Under the pieces are notes generated by a model. It had not been told where the DNA came from. It ran no database searches and saw nothing but the letters and a program-made list of their open reading frames with translations. From a virus (taxonomy: Duplodnaviria; Caudoviricetes): DNA of 64,000 nt. Of this stretch, positions 27,207 to 34,983 are shown one piece after another. The position numbers were made by a program, and so were the translations under genes. The first letter of the stretch is position 1. Every line of letters starts with the position of its first letter. The stretch lies in the IMG/VR virus record IMGVR_UViG_3300029288_000056, positions 96,001 through 160,000 of that record; one strand, written 5' to 3'.

Positions 27207-27642
27207 CGTTCCTCCCACATGCGTTGCAGTCAACTTCTGTGCTGTAGCTTCTATCGATCTTCTCGTAAGCTGCCCTGATTTCTGCGTCATTGATAAACTC
27301 AAGCAAGAGTTCGTCTGCGGACTCGTGAGAGTCTTCACTAAACCTATTCTTTGAGAGCCTTTTGAACTCTTTTATCAAATCCTCTTTAGTGATAGAAGGA
27401 TTTATGTATATCTTCTTGGTGGCGTATTCAATTACGTAATTCACGCCATTTATTGTGGCGAAATCCCAAAAGCCCTCGCCCCAATTATACAAGGTGTAAG
27501 ACCCGTCTGTCGCAAGATGAGTGATCTTGAGCCTCTCCACCATCGTGTCAGAGAAGTTCACTTCATCGAAGTGCTCTATACTGAATTCCTCACTTGCGTC
27601 GACTAACTTGTCTTTATTGATATACATTTCGTCTCCTTTCAA
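27199..27642 (-). CDS. Hypothetical protein
   Basis: AGGAG RBS before MYINK; directly after promoter. Confidence 0.7.
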   Translation of the reverse strand: MKGDEMYINKDKLVDASEEFSIEHFDEVNFSDTMVERLKITHLATDGSYTLYNWGEGFWDFATINGVNYVIEYATKKIYINPSITKEDLIKEFKRLSKNRFSEDSHESADELLLEFINDAEIRAAYEKIDRSYSTEVDCNACGRNDE

Positions 27643-27646
27643 TTAT

Positions 27647-27676
27647 ATTCTAACATAAAAATTAGAAAAGTCAAGC
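27647..27676 (-). promoter_or_regulatory. Sigma70-type early promoter
   Basis: GCTTGACTTTT...TGT-TAGAAT. Confidence 0.75.
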
Positions 27677-27728
27677 ATTTTCTTTCAAAAACACTAACTT
27701 TCCTAAGAATTTTGAGGCCTAAAGTTGA

Positions 27729-28529
27729 CTATTTTATTATTGTGTGGGACTTAATCCAATATCCCTGTTTTGGTTTTTCTATACCTAATTTCTTACATCT
27801 TTTTGCTATAGCTTTTCCGGTAACTCCGAATAACTCTCCAATTTTTGTAAGTGGCATTTTCCAAACCAACTCCTCAAGTTCTTCTCTAGTGGGGTTAAAT
27901 TTTCTACTAGCAACATATTTACATTTTGATGAACAATACATTGTTTTACTGCTTGTAGGTTTAAATATTTTATGACACTGCGGACACTTTATATCTTCTA
28001 ACACTATAGGTGTAGTATTGTGTATATGGTGATAATGTAGTTTGGAATGTTCACTATTGCTCATAATCATTAAGTTGCTAATCTCATTATTAAGCGTATT
28101 TCCGTCAATATGATGTACATGCTCACTCTTAGCGAGGTATCTTCCTAAATGTAGCTCCATAACCAGCCGATGAAGATAGACCGTGCTGTCACTTGCAAAT
28201 GGATGATCTGGTATATAGACAATAAGATATTCTTTTCCCTTCATAATACGGGAACAAATACCTTTGTTAGATATATCGTGAATTTCATCAAAATTGAGAA
28301 CAACTCTATTTTCCCGTTTATCTTTCATTGTTTTGCGGCGGGATTCCATCATCTTACTAACTCTCTTATCTGCCGATGTAAGGCCTTTATTCCAAGCATT
28401 ACCTTGTTGTTTAACAAAATTTGTTAAATTATCAAACGATCTACGGTTAGGGTTTAACTTACAGCGCAGTTCGTGCTGAATAAGGCTATTTTTGTTTTTA
28501 CATTCCTTCTCACAAAATTTACAATTCAT
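27729..28529 (-). CDS. HNH homing-type endonuclease with zinc fingers and C-terminal HTH
   Basis: YLHRLVME...VHHIDGNTLNNEISNL..H motif; AT-richer than flanks. Confidence 0.85.
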   Translation of the reverse strand: MNCKFCEKECKNKNSLIQHELRCKLNPNRRSFDNLTNFVKQQGNAWNKGLTSADKRVSKMMESRRKTMKDKRENRVVLNFDEIHDISNKGICSRIMKGKEYLIVYIPDHPFASDSTVYLHRLVMELHLGRYLAKSEHVHHIDGNTLNNEISNLMIMSNSEHSKLHYHHIHNTTPIVLEDIKCPQCHKIFKPTSSKTMYCSSKCKYVASRKFNPTREELEELVWKMPLTKIGELFGVTGKAIAKRCKKLGIEKPKQGYWIKSHTIIK

Positions 28530-28546
28530 TATTTCCTTCCTAATAT

Positions 28547-28620
28547 TGAGGCCGCCGGAACTCGGATCCGGAATATCCGCCTTAAAAGGGCGGTGCTTTA
28601 TCCAATTTAGCTACGGCCTC
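28547..28620 (-). tRNA. tRNA-Lys(TTT), C55 variant
   Basis: Cloverleaf, CCGCC-CTTTTAA-GGCGG; T loop TCCGAGT. Confidence 0.85.
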
Positions 28621-28623
28621 ATG

Positions 28624-28697
28624 CGAGAGAGGTGGGACTCGGACCCACATGCACCAAGTTAACGGCTTGGGGCTGTATCCAATTCAGCTACTCTCCC
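28624..28697 (-). tRNA. tRNA-Asn(GTT), C33 and C55 variant
   Basis: Cloverleaf, CCAAG-CCGTTAA-CTTGG; T loop TCCGAGT. Confidence 0.85.
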
Positions 28698-28698
28698 A

Positions 28699-29076
28699 TT
28701 ATTTGTAAATATACGCTATTCTTTCCTCCAAGTTATCCACCTTAGCCATGATCTGCTTGATATACTTCAGCTCTTCGTCTACTACGGCCTTGGTGTACTC
28801 CGGGTTCTTATCCGGATATATAACCTCAGCAAAAGAGGCGGTCTGCTGAAATAGCCATTTCTTCTCGCTCTCAAAAAACCATTCAAAGTAGTCATCAAAC
28901 CATTTCCATTTTGCCATTTCCGCCTTGGCGCCTTCGACGCCTAATTCCTTATATAGGTGATTCTTGCGATAGCGAATTTCATCATACGTCGCTTGTTCTT
29001 TTCTGAGCCTCAGAATCGTGGCTATAATACAGTCAAGATCGAGGCATTTTCCTATGTCGTTTTCGTCGTATTCCAT
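28699..29076 (-). CDS. Hypothetical protein
   Basis: ATG one base after the tRNA-like RNA. Confidence 0.7.
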   Translation of the reverse strand: MEYDENDIGKCLDLDCIIATILRLRKEQATYDEIRYRKNHLYKELGVEGAKAEMAKWKWFDDYFEWFFESEKKWLFQQTASFAEVIYPDKNPEYTKAVVDEELKYIKQIMAKVDNLEERIAYIYK

Positions 29077-29077
29077 T

Positions 29078-29151
29078 CTGACCCTGTTGGTCTTGCACCA
29101 ACCTCACCTATCCACCGCGGGTAAATAGGTACGCTCTATACGCTAGAGTCA
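29078..29151 (-). ncRNA. tRNA-like RNA with an 11-bp hairpin in place of the anticodon arm
   Basis: TGACTCT/AGGGTCA acceptor, GTTGG-TGCAAGA-CCAAC T arm, ACCTATTTACC-CGC-GGTGGATAGGT. Confidence 0.65.
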
Positions 29152-29155
29152 ATAT

Positions 29156-29228
29156 TGGGCACAGAAAGACTCGAACTTTCAGCTTACTGGGTGTAAACCA
29201 GTTACTCTACCAATTGAGTTATGCGCCC
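29156..29228 (-). tRNA. tRNA-Val(TAC)
   Basis: Cloverleaf, ACTGG-TTTACAC-CCAGT. Confidence 0.9.
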
Positions 29229-29230
29229 TC

Positions 29231-29337
29231 TAGCAGACCGCTCGCTTCCCACCCCGGTTTACGTTATTTTTAAAGGGAGTGACATTATACAGATAATTCT
29301 CCCACCGACTACGGGCCAAAGCCTCGTCCGTCTGCTA
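29231..29337 (-). ncRNA. Candidate rod-shaped structured RNA
   Basis: Nested helices TAGCAGAC/GTCTGCTA, GCTT/AAGC, CCC/GGG, TCGGT/ACCGG, GGGAG/CTCCC, ATTAT/ATAAT; abuts tRNA-Val. Confidence 0.5.
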
Positions 29338-29350
29338 TTTTGCTGTACAG

Positions 29351-29539
29351 CTATATGTATGCCGTTTCCGGCATAAACCAATAAGACACCAGTAACGCTA
29401 CGCCTATTCCCCAAAGAATCCAGCCCCACCACCATCGTGGTGACGATGGTGAATGCGTCCATGTAGGAATCAGCCATGTGCCTATAGCCGCGAGTAGAAA
29501 CGCGTCAGCTATGAAAGTGCTCAGTATTCGAATTGTCAT
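29351..29539 (-). CDS. Small membrane protein
   Basis: Two hydrophobic segments. Confidence 0.6.
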   Translation of the reverse strand: MTIRILSTFIADAFLLAAIGTWLIPTWTHSPSSPRWWWGWILWGIGVALLVSYWFMPETAYI

Positions 29540-29870
29540 TTTTCACCCAACCCCGTGGAAAATCCCAATCCCATTTAAAATGTAAATCAACCTTTTCAAC
29601 TCGGATGTTCATAACACCCATACCGTAATGCTCGTCATAAAACTCAACCAGTTCTCTAGCGGTGAATATAAATGATTCATGAATATCATAATCCCGACGA
29701 TATTCTGGGTATTGTTCCCAATAATGAACACTCTTTTCTGTGGCGGTTAATATATACCTTGGCCCCTTCCCTGAAATATCATTACACTTGATTTGTATAT
29801 TCCAATCATCAAGAGTAAGATTGGCGATAGCATAGCCAAGCATTAGATAACCGCTGTACTTTGCGTCCAT
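29505..29870 (-). CDS. Hypothetical protein
   Basis: Start moved to MDAKY (AAGGA RBS, downstream of promoter). Confidence 0.7.
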   Translation of the reverse strand: MDAKYSGYLMLGYAIANLTLDDWNIQIKCNDISGKGPRYILTATEKSVHYWEQYPEYRRDYDIHESFIFTARELVEFYDEHYGMGVMNIRVEKVDLHFKWDWDFPRGWVKNDNSNTEHFHS

Positions 29871-29899
29871 TTCATTTCCTTTCGTTTCATTCTCAACAT

Positions 29900-29930
29900 A
29901 ATATAACATAGATCGTCCAAAAAGTCAAGC
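29900..29930 (-). promoter_or_regulatory. Sigma70-type early promoter
   Basis: TTGACT-17bp-TATATT with TG extension. Confidence 0.8.
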
Positions 29931-29944
29931 AAAAAATTAAGGGG

Positions 29945-30499
29945 CTAATTAGCCCCTTTAAATTCTTCCTCGATATCAAGAAAAGGGGGCGCGACAATTT
30001 CCACGCGTTTGAAATTGAAGCTGTCAAATTCTCCTAAGACGGGAAGTTCAATTTGCTTAGCCATTCTTTCACAGACTTCACGCCATTCTTCTGCACTAAG
30101 TCCACGGTCAGCCTTAAGACGGTTAGCCCAGTGGCTTTCGACGTTGGGCTCAAAGGCAATCATAACGACAGATGAGACACCGTGTTCTTGGGCAATCTTC
30201 AACCATGATCTACGGTGTAGTCTGTTGAGGTTTGTTTCGTCGACGTACACGCTGAACCCTGCCTTTAGCCAGATCTCAACCAAAGCGTCAACGCTCTTGA
30301 AGATGCAGCTCTCGTAGTTCTGCGGGCTAAAACCGTAGTCTCCAGCCTTAATCATAGTGCGGAGATCATCGGGGCAAATCACCACGAGATCGCGATATTG
30401 GTCGGCAAGACGCCGCGCCAAAGTACTCTTACCGCTGCCGGGTATTCCGACCGGGAGGTAGAGTGTTTGTTCTTTATGAAACTTTATCCATTTATCCAT
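29945..30499 (-). CDS. P-loop kinase (AAA_33 / polynucleotide-kinase-like)
   Basis: GIPGSGKST, CPDDLR, VYVDETNL; start moved to ATG at 30499 because the upstream part is tRNA-Pro. Confidence 0.85.
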   Translation of the reverse strand: MDKWIKFHKEQTLYLPVGIPGSGKSTLARRLADQYRDLVVICPDDLRTMIKAGDYGFSPQNYESCIFKSVDALVEIWLKAGFSVYVDETNLNRLHRRSWLKIAQEHGVSSVVMIAFEPNVESHWANRLKADRGLSAEEWREVCERMAKQIELPVLGEFDSFNFKRVEIVAPPFLDIEEEFKGAN

Positions 30500-30573
30500 T
30501 TGGAGTGGGGGGAATCGGACCCCCGGCCACACGCTCCCAAAGCGCGTGCTCTACCAAGCTGAGCTACACTCCA
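30500..30573 (-). tRNA. tRNA-Pro(TGG), C55 variant
   Basis: Cloverleaf, CGCGC-TTTGGGA-GCGTG; T loop TCCGATT. Confidence 0.88.
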
Positions 30574-30577
30574 ATAT

Positions 30578-30652
30578 TAGAGAGAGCAAGAGTTGAACTT
30601 GCAAAATCTCGCGTCCGAGGCGAGTGCTTTGATCCAATTAAGCTACCCCTCT
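30578..30652 (-). tRNA. tRNA-Pro(CGG)
   Basis: Cloverleaf, CTCGC-CTCGGAC-GCGAG. Confidence 0.85.
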
Positions 30653-30656
30653 GTTT

Positions 30657-30734
30657 TAGGGATGATAGGGTTCGAACCTACATCTTCCGCCTAGGGCCCT
30701 AGACGGCTACGTCTTCCATTTGCGCCACACCCCT
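30657..30734 (-). ncRNA. tRNA-like RNA with self-paired/expanded anticodon loop
   Basis: AGGGGTG/CATCCCT acceptor, GTAGG-TTCGAAC-CCTAT T arm, CCGTC-TAGGGCCCTA-GGCGG. Confidence 0.65.
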
Positions 30735-31023
30735 ATTTATTGTACAATGTCGTTCTTTCCGGCACTTTTTCGTACCAATACACTAATCTCCAAAGAAAGG
30801 TTATGAAACGACGACCTCTCCGATAAAAAACTTTCACCTGCCCCGGTTCGCCCGGATGATGGAATCTGTAATCACAAAGATCCCACGATTCGTACAACTT
30901 CGTGTAGGCGCCACCATCAGGAACATCGGCGCAATTTCTGACTGCTCTATTGGCGAATCTTTTTCCCAACTTGTTACTAATACTTCTCCCTAGTGAATAG
31001 GGTGCTTTGTAACTTCTACTCAT
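30733..31023 (-). CDS. Basic hypothetical phage protein
   Basis: MSRSYK...KRFANRAVR...YESWDLCDY; AGGAG RBS. Confidence 0.75.
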   Translation of the reverse strand: MSRSYKAPYSLGRSISNKLGKRFANRAVRNCADVPDGGAYTKLYESWDLCDYRFHHPGEPGQVKVFYRRGRRFITFLWRLVYWYEKVPERTTLYNK

Positions 31024-31096
31024 GGTTTTCTCCTTTAGTGTCGTTAATGACACGTGAGAAAACCAGACCTCCCTATGAATTTGTGCATTTTATCTC

Positions 31097-31288
31097 CTAG
31101 TTCATTATTGTGTACTCACTCGAGTCTTTGATCCCGCCGCAACTTCCACTCGGTTGACAGAACCCCATAACTGTGAGTTCGTACTGAGCCTTAACATACT
31201 TCTTCACGTTAGGATCTTCGCGCAAAACCTTAATCTCTTCCTCTAATTCACGTTTCCTTTTATACCAATCTTCTCGATCGTCCATCAT
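31097..31288 (-). CDS. Hypothetical protein
   Basis: Coupled ORF. Confidence 0.65.
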   Translation of the reverse strand: MMDDREDWYKRKRELEEEIKVLREDPNVKKYVKAQYELTVMGFCQPSGSCGGIKDSSEYTIMN

Positions 31289-31653
31289 TTATCCCCTTTT
31301 AAATTCTTCCAACTCTTTTTAAAAGCACTATTCAAATTTCTCTTAAAAGCGTCTACCCTGCCATGCTCCGCCATTTCTTGAAGTATTCTATCAGCATCAC
31401 ACTCTTGGCGGATAGCGTCACTAAACAAGTAATACACCGCTGACTTCATTTGAGACTCAGAACATGAACCTATAAGGCTTAGATAATTAGATAGGCTTCC
31501 CGTAAACTTGCTGCGGCCTCGTTCAAAGTAACGAGGAATGTGATCTATATTATCACCCATGTTGTGCACTAAAACTGCCCAACAGCCTATTGCGTATTCG
31601 ATAAGATCGTCCTTATTCCAAGTCACCATAACATAGTTCCTTCTAAAAGTCAA
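31285..31653 (-). CDS. Hypothetical protein
   Basis: Start uncertain; 5' end overlaps a promoter. Confidence 0.55.
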   Translation of the reverse strand: MTFRRNYVMVTWNKDDLIEYAIGCWAVLVHNMGDNIDHIPRYFERGRSKFTGSLSNYLSLIGSCSESQMKSAVYYLFSDAIRQECDADRILQEMAEHGRVDAFKRNLNSAFKKSWKNLKGDK

Positions 31654-31655
31654 GC
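31625..31655 (-). promoter_or_regulatory. Sigma70-type early promoter
   Basis: TTGACT-17bp-TATGGT with TG extension. Confidence 0.7.
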
Positions 31656-31667
31656 AGTTTCATAATG

Positions 31668-31738
31668 AGCGGGTAATGAGGCTCGAACTCATACCTTCAC
31701 CTTGGCAAGGTGAGATGCTGCCATTATAACATACCCGC
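31668..31738 (-). tRNA. tRNA-Gly(GCC)
   Basis: Cloverleaf, TCACC-TTGCCAA-GGTGA, U73. Confidence 0.9.
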
Positions 31739-31741
31739 AAT

Positions 31742-31978
31742 TTATTCCTCCATCACACCAACAGCCGTGGACTGATATTCCCCAGACTCTTGGCGCTTTA
31801 ACAAAGGAGCTGACTCAAACTCCATTACGTCCTCAACCTCAGACCATTCTATCATGAGCTCGGAAATCGTTATATCAACAATAGGAACTCTTGCGCGTAA
31901 CTTTTCAAGGAACTTTAGCTGGTGTTCCTTCGTCTTAAAGACGTACCAGTGATAAACAAGCTCTCTTCGTACTTTCAC
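31742..31978 (-). CDS. Hypothetical protein
   Basis: AGGAGG RBS, GTG start. Confidence 0.7.
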   Translation of the reverse strand: MKVRRELVYHWYVFKTKEHQLKFLEKLRARVPIVDITISELMIEWSEVEDVMEFESAPLLKRQESGEYQSTAVGVMEE

Positions 31979-31987
31979 ATTTCCTCC

Positions 31988-32398
31988 TTAGAAAGGTATC
32001 TCGTCTTCCCTGAGTAAGCGAAACTTTCCACCATCTATCATCTCTTGAAATTCAGCATCGATCTTGCGTTGTTTTTCTTCCCTTTCACCTGCGATGTTGG
32101 CGATCATATAGCGCACTGCGTCAGCTTCCCAAACTCCACAACAGCAGGTAGCTCTTGTCTTTTCAAATTCAAGCTTAATCTCACACTTAACTTTATTCTT
32201 TTTGCAATAATAACTCCTGAATGTATCCATACTAAAGATCTCGCAAACCGGGCATTGATGTTGAATGTACTTTTTAACAAATAATTCATCGTTAGGCTGT
32301 AGACCGTGGTACAAACGACTGAGCTCGTTACAGCCTCGGCATCTCGGAGGCAACCCAGTTACACTGTTTACCTCGTCACCACAATAAGTACATTTCAT
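31988..32398 (-). CDS. Cys-rich hypothetical protein with SSB-like acidic tail
   Basis: CxxC motifs; ends in EDEIPF. Confidence 0.7.
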   Translation of the reverse strand: MKCTYCGDEVNSVTGLPPRCRGCNELSRLYHGLQPNDELFVKKYIQHQCPVCEIFSMDTFRSYYCKKNKVKCEIKLEFEKTRATCCCGVWEADAVRYMIANIAGEREEKQRKIDAEFQEMIDGGKFRLLREDEIPF

Positions 32399-32414
32399 TT
32401 TATCTCCTTATTTG

Positions 32415-32497
32415 CGGAGGAGGGGGGATTTGAACCCTCACGTCCTTTCGGACGGCGGTTTAGCGAACCGCTGCCATTCCAGTTAGGCGACTCCTCC
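32415..32497 (-). tRNA. tRNA-Ser(GCT), C33 variant
   Basis: Cloverleaf with long variable arm, GCGGT-TCGCTAA-ACCGC, G73. Confidence 0.9.
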
Positions 32498-32690
32498 AAG
32501 CCCTACGCTACCGGCCTTGCGGCCTTTACGTCGCAATCCTCATCCTTATCATCATATCCGTGATTCTTTAGATAACTACACTTCAATGTCTCGCTATTGA
32601 AGTCAGTGCACTTTGCGGCGCAGCCGTTAGGAAAATATCGGCAAACAACATCATGCTTGTCATAGAATTTCATTTATTCTCCTTTGTGGT

Positions 32691-32721
32691 ATACTATCAT
32701 AAGTGGTCTCAAAAGTCAAGC
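32691..32721 (-). promoter_or_regulatory. Sigma70-type early promoter
   Basis: TTGACT-17bp-TAGTAT with TG extension. Confidence 0.75.
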
Positions 32722-32726
32722 ACTTT

Positions 32727-32927
32727 TTATACGTCATAATTCCGTACACTGAGGACCAAATAGACCAAGACGCCCGCAAACGCGATCAACAGCCAAGTTG
32801 GGACCAACACAAGTCCCCATGGTAAGCACTCAAAGACTGCTAGCTTTAAAAATATCATACCGCCCTGTATAAGCCCGAAGTACCATAAAAAATTTATCTT
32901 AAGTAGTAATCTTCTCATCTTCCCCAC
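32727..32927 (-). CDS. Small membrane protein
   Basis: Two hydrophobic segments. Confidence 0.65.
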   Translation of the reverse strand: MGKMRRLLLKINFLWYFGLIQGGMIFLKLAVFECLPWGLVLVPTWLLIAFAGVLVYLVLSVRNYDV

Positions 32928-33130
32928 CTTATTGGAAGTTCACAATCATCAGGAAGTTCAACCAAATTATAATGCCAATTACTTGAGTATGGTCTTACAC
33001 CGTCAGGATCTTCCATTGTGCATCCAATACCTAGGAAAGCACAATAAACACAGGTGTTATTGGTAATTAGCCGTGTCTCCCGACAATAATGCCTAATATT
33101 CCTTGATTCTCGATCGGTTAAGTATCTCAC
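32915..33130 (-). CDS. Small Cys-rich protein
   Basis: CVYCAFLGIGC. Confidence 0.6.
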   Translation of the reverse strand: MRYLTDRESRNIRHYCRETRLITNNTCVYCAFLGIGCTMEDPDGVRPYSSNWHYNLVELPDDCELPIRWGR

Positions 33131-33632
33131 TTTTTGTCCTTAACAGCCTTTCCGCCACTTGCATAAGAGATATAGAATGCTCTTTACGGTGGCAGTCTAC
33201 GCAAAGAAGTGTCAGATTATCGTGGCTAAAGGCGTCACCACCGTCTTCTATCGGGACTATGTGATGAATGTTGTATAGATCGCTGTACTCTGCAGCCGCA
33301 AGACACCACCAGTCATATTCTGTGCCGCCCACCTCTAAGAACTCCTTGGACGGATGATATCCGTCTACAAACTTGTGCCCGCACTTCTGACAGGTCCCTC
33401 GATCGCGCCGAAAGATAAATCTCCTGATCGTCTTCCAATCGCACTCTACTCTAAAACGTTCAACTAACGCATCGACGCACGCGTCAGAACAGTAAGCCCA
33501 TCTTCTCGGTGTTAGGATCGGTTGGCCGCAATTATAACATATGTAACGGCCGTTTTCTTTCTTTTTGTGAATACCTTCTCTTTGTTTCCATGTTCCGAAG
33601 TCCATGGAGGAAGTCTTTCGTTTAGTGCGCAT
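33093..33632 (-). CDS. HNH endonuclease
   Basis: RDRGTCQKCG...HHIVPIEDGG...DNLTLLCVDCHRKEH. Confidence 0.9.
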   Translation of the reverse strand: MRTKRKTSSMDFGTWKQREGIHKKKENGRYICYNCGQPILTPRRWAYCSDACVDALVERFRVECDWKTIRRFIFRRDRGTCQKCGHKFVDGYHPSKEFLEVGGTEYDWWCLAAAEYSDLYNIHHIVPIEDGGDAFSHDNLTLLCVDCHRKEHSISLMQVAERLLRTKSEILNRSRIKEY

Positions 33633-33969
33633 ACATTTTAAAATCTTGAAGTTGATGCGGCGTCACAACCGTCAGTTCGTAACGACGATTGTTCTGCAGG
33701 TTAAGCACCTTATACACGTAAGTCTTTTCCTCTCGAAAATCCGTTACGTAGAGCAGTCGGTACTTAACCGGTGAACCGTCTTCATCCTTAACAAAGGCTC
33801 TGAACTTAGTGCCTTCTCCGACAGTTATCTCAAACTGACCGTTAAAGGCCCCGTCATCACACCAAACAATACTTACGAGTTCGGGCTCTACCAATAGGAC
33901 GTCGGCTGTCTCTTCATAAAAAGAAACAGATAGCGCGCTCACGAATAAAAATAGGATTAATAATTTCAT
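33622..33969 (-). CDS. Secreted hypothetical protein
   Basis: N-terminal signal peptide. Confidence 0.65.
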   Translation of the reverse strand: MKLLILFLFVSALSVSFYEETADVLLVEPELVSIVWCDDGAFNGQFEITVGEGTKFRAFVKDEDGSPVKYRLLYVTDFREEKTYVYKVLNLQNNRRYELTVVTPHQLQDFKMYAH

Positions 33970-34178
33970 TTATTATCGAGTTTACCCAACACTAGTACTA
34001 TTTGATTATCTGGAGTGATGTAGAGATGTTCATCTCCCATAGAAATCAAACCAAAATGCCATTTCATTCTCATGTGTGGCAATTTAGCTCGTTCCTCCTC
34101 AGTTAATTCCCGCAAATATTGTGTTACGAAGGTGATTTCCGAATAAGGCTTTGCGCCTTCTGTAAAGCTAGTTGCCAT
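33966..34178 (-). CDS. Hypothetical protein
   Basis: Coupled ORF with RBS. Confidence 0.65.
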   Translation of the reverse strand: MATSFTEGAKPYSEITFVTQYLRELTEEERAKLPHMRMKWHFGLISMGDEHLYITPDNQIVLVLGKLDNK

Positions 34179-34521
34179 CCTTCTCCTCCTCCGCTAAAAG
34201 CGCAGCATACTCTTCTGGATGCTCAACTTGCCATTTTTCGTATTCTGTAAACATACGATTCATTTCTTCTAGCGGCTTAAATATAGTCATAATCGCTAAA
34301 TCCATTATTCCTCCTAAGTGTAGTACTTTAAGAATATCACCCTTCTCTTTATTCCTCAATGCTATCATTCTACCATCCGGGAACTGAACAACGTCACAAA
34401 GATCACCATAATCTCGTCGCAATCCCCAAAGTTCTTCACCCGACACGGTCTCACCCGTAGTGGTTAAACCGCCGGGCACGTCTGTGAATCGATATGGCGC
34501 TATATCTCTTCCTTCTTGCAC
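34168..34521 (-). CDS. Hypothetical protein
   Basis: Coupled ORF. Confidence 0.65.
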   Translation of the reverse strand: MQEGRDIAPYRFTDVPGGLTTTGETVSGEELWGLRRDYGDLCDVVQFPDGRMIALRNKEKGDILKVLHLGGIMDLAIMTIFKPLEEMNRMFTEYEKWQVEHPEEYAALLAEEEKDGN

Positions 34522-34712
34522 TTATCTTCCTTTTCGTCTAAGTATTCAAAGTACTTATACATATCGATGAATCCCGTACTCAAACAAAGCGTGCACTCTT
34601 GTCTCATTCCTTGACAAGCGGCACAGGGCACAACTGTCTCGTCGTGAGCTAGATGGTAGTTATCGAGATAATCGTGCCACTGTTGCGTTCTTCTGCTCAG
34701 ATAATCATTCAT
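34500..34712 (-). CDS. Small zinc-finger protein
   Basis: CAACQG...CTLCLSTG. Confidence 0.65.
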   Translation of the reverse strand: MNDYLSRRTQQWHDYLDNYHLAHDETVVPCAACQGMRQECTLCLSTGFIDMYKYFEYLDEKEDKCKKEEI

Positions 34713-34983
34713 TTATCGGCTTAAAGGGTAGTTTAAAGTCTAATGGGACTAAAACGTTACCGTTCCAATCATACTCAAGGGGAAGCTTATTAAAGCAGTT
34801 TTTAAATCCACAGTGTATTTCATCACCATTCTTGCGAGAATATGGCATCAATTTACAATCAATGCAACAAGACCAATGCCTATGAAAAGTACAATACCAT
34901 TTGATCTGCATAGCCTCCCACTTAGACAATAGTCTAAGTTTAGGGCGCGGGTCGTTTCCACCGTGCCCCCACCATTTATCCAA
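34705..34983 (-). CDS. Small Cys-rich protein
   Basis: Coupled ORF. Confidence 0.6.
   Translation of the reverse strand: MDKWWGHGGNDPRPKLRLLSKWEAMQIKWYCTFHRHWSCCIDCKLMPYSRKNGDEIHCGFKNCFNKLPLEYDWNGNVLVPLDFKLPFKPINE

Noticed and set aside
29259-29477. 72-aa minus-strand ORF
   Set aside because: It overlaps a better-coupled membrane-protein ORF and the structured RNA candidate.
30499-30532. ORF-track 5' extension of the kinase (likewise 44019-44076 for the 43771 ORF)
   Set aside because: The extensions run through tRNA genes, so downstream ATGs were chosen.
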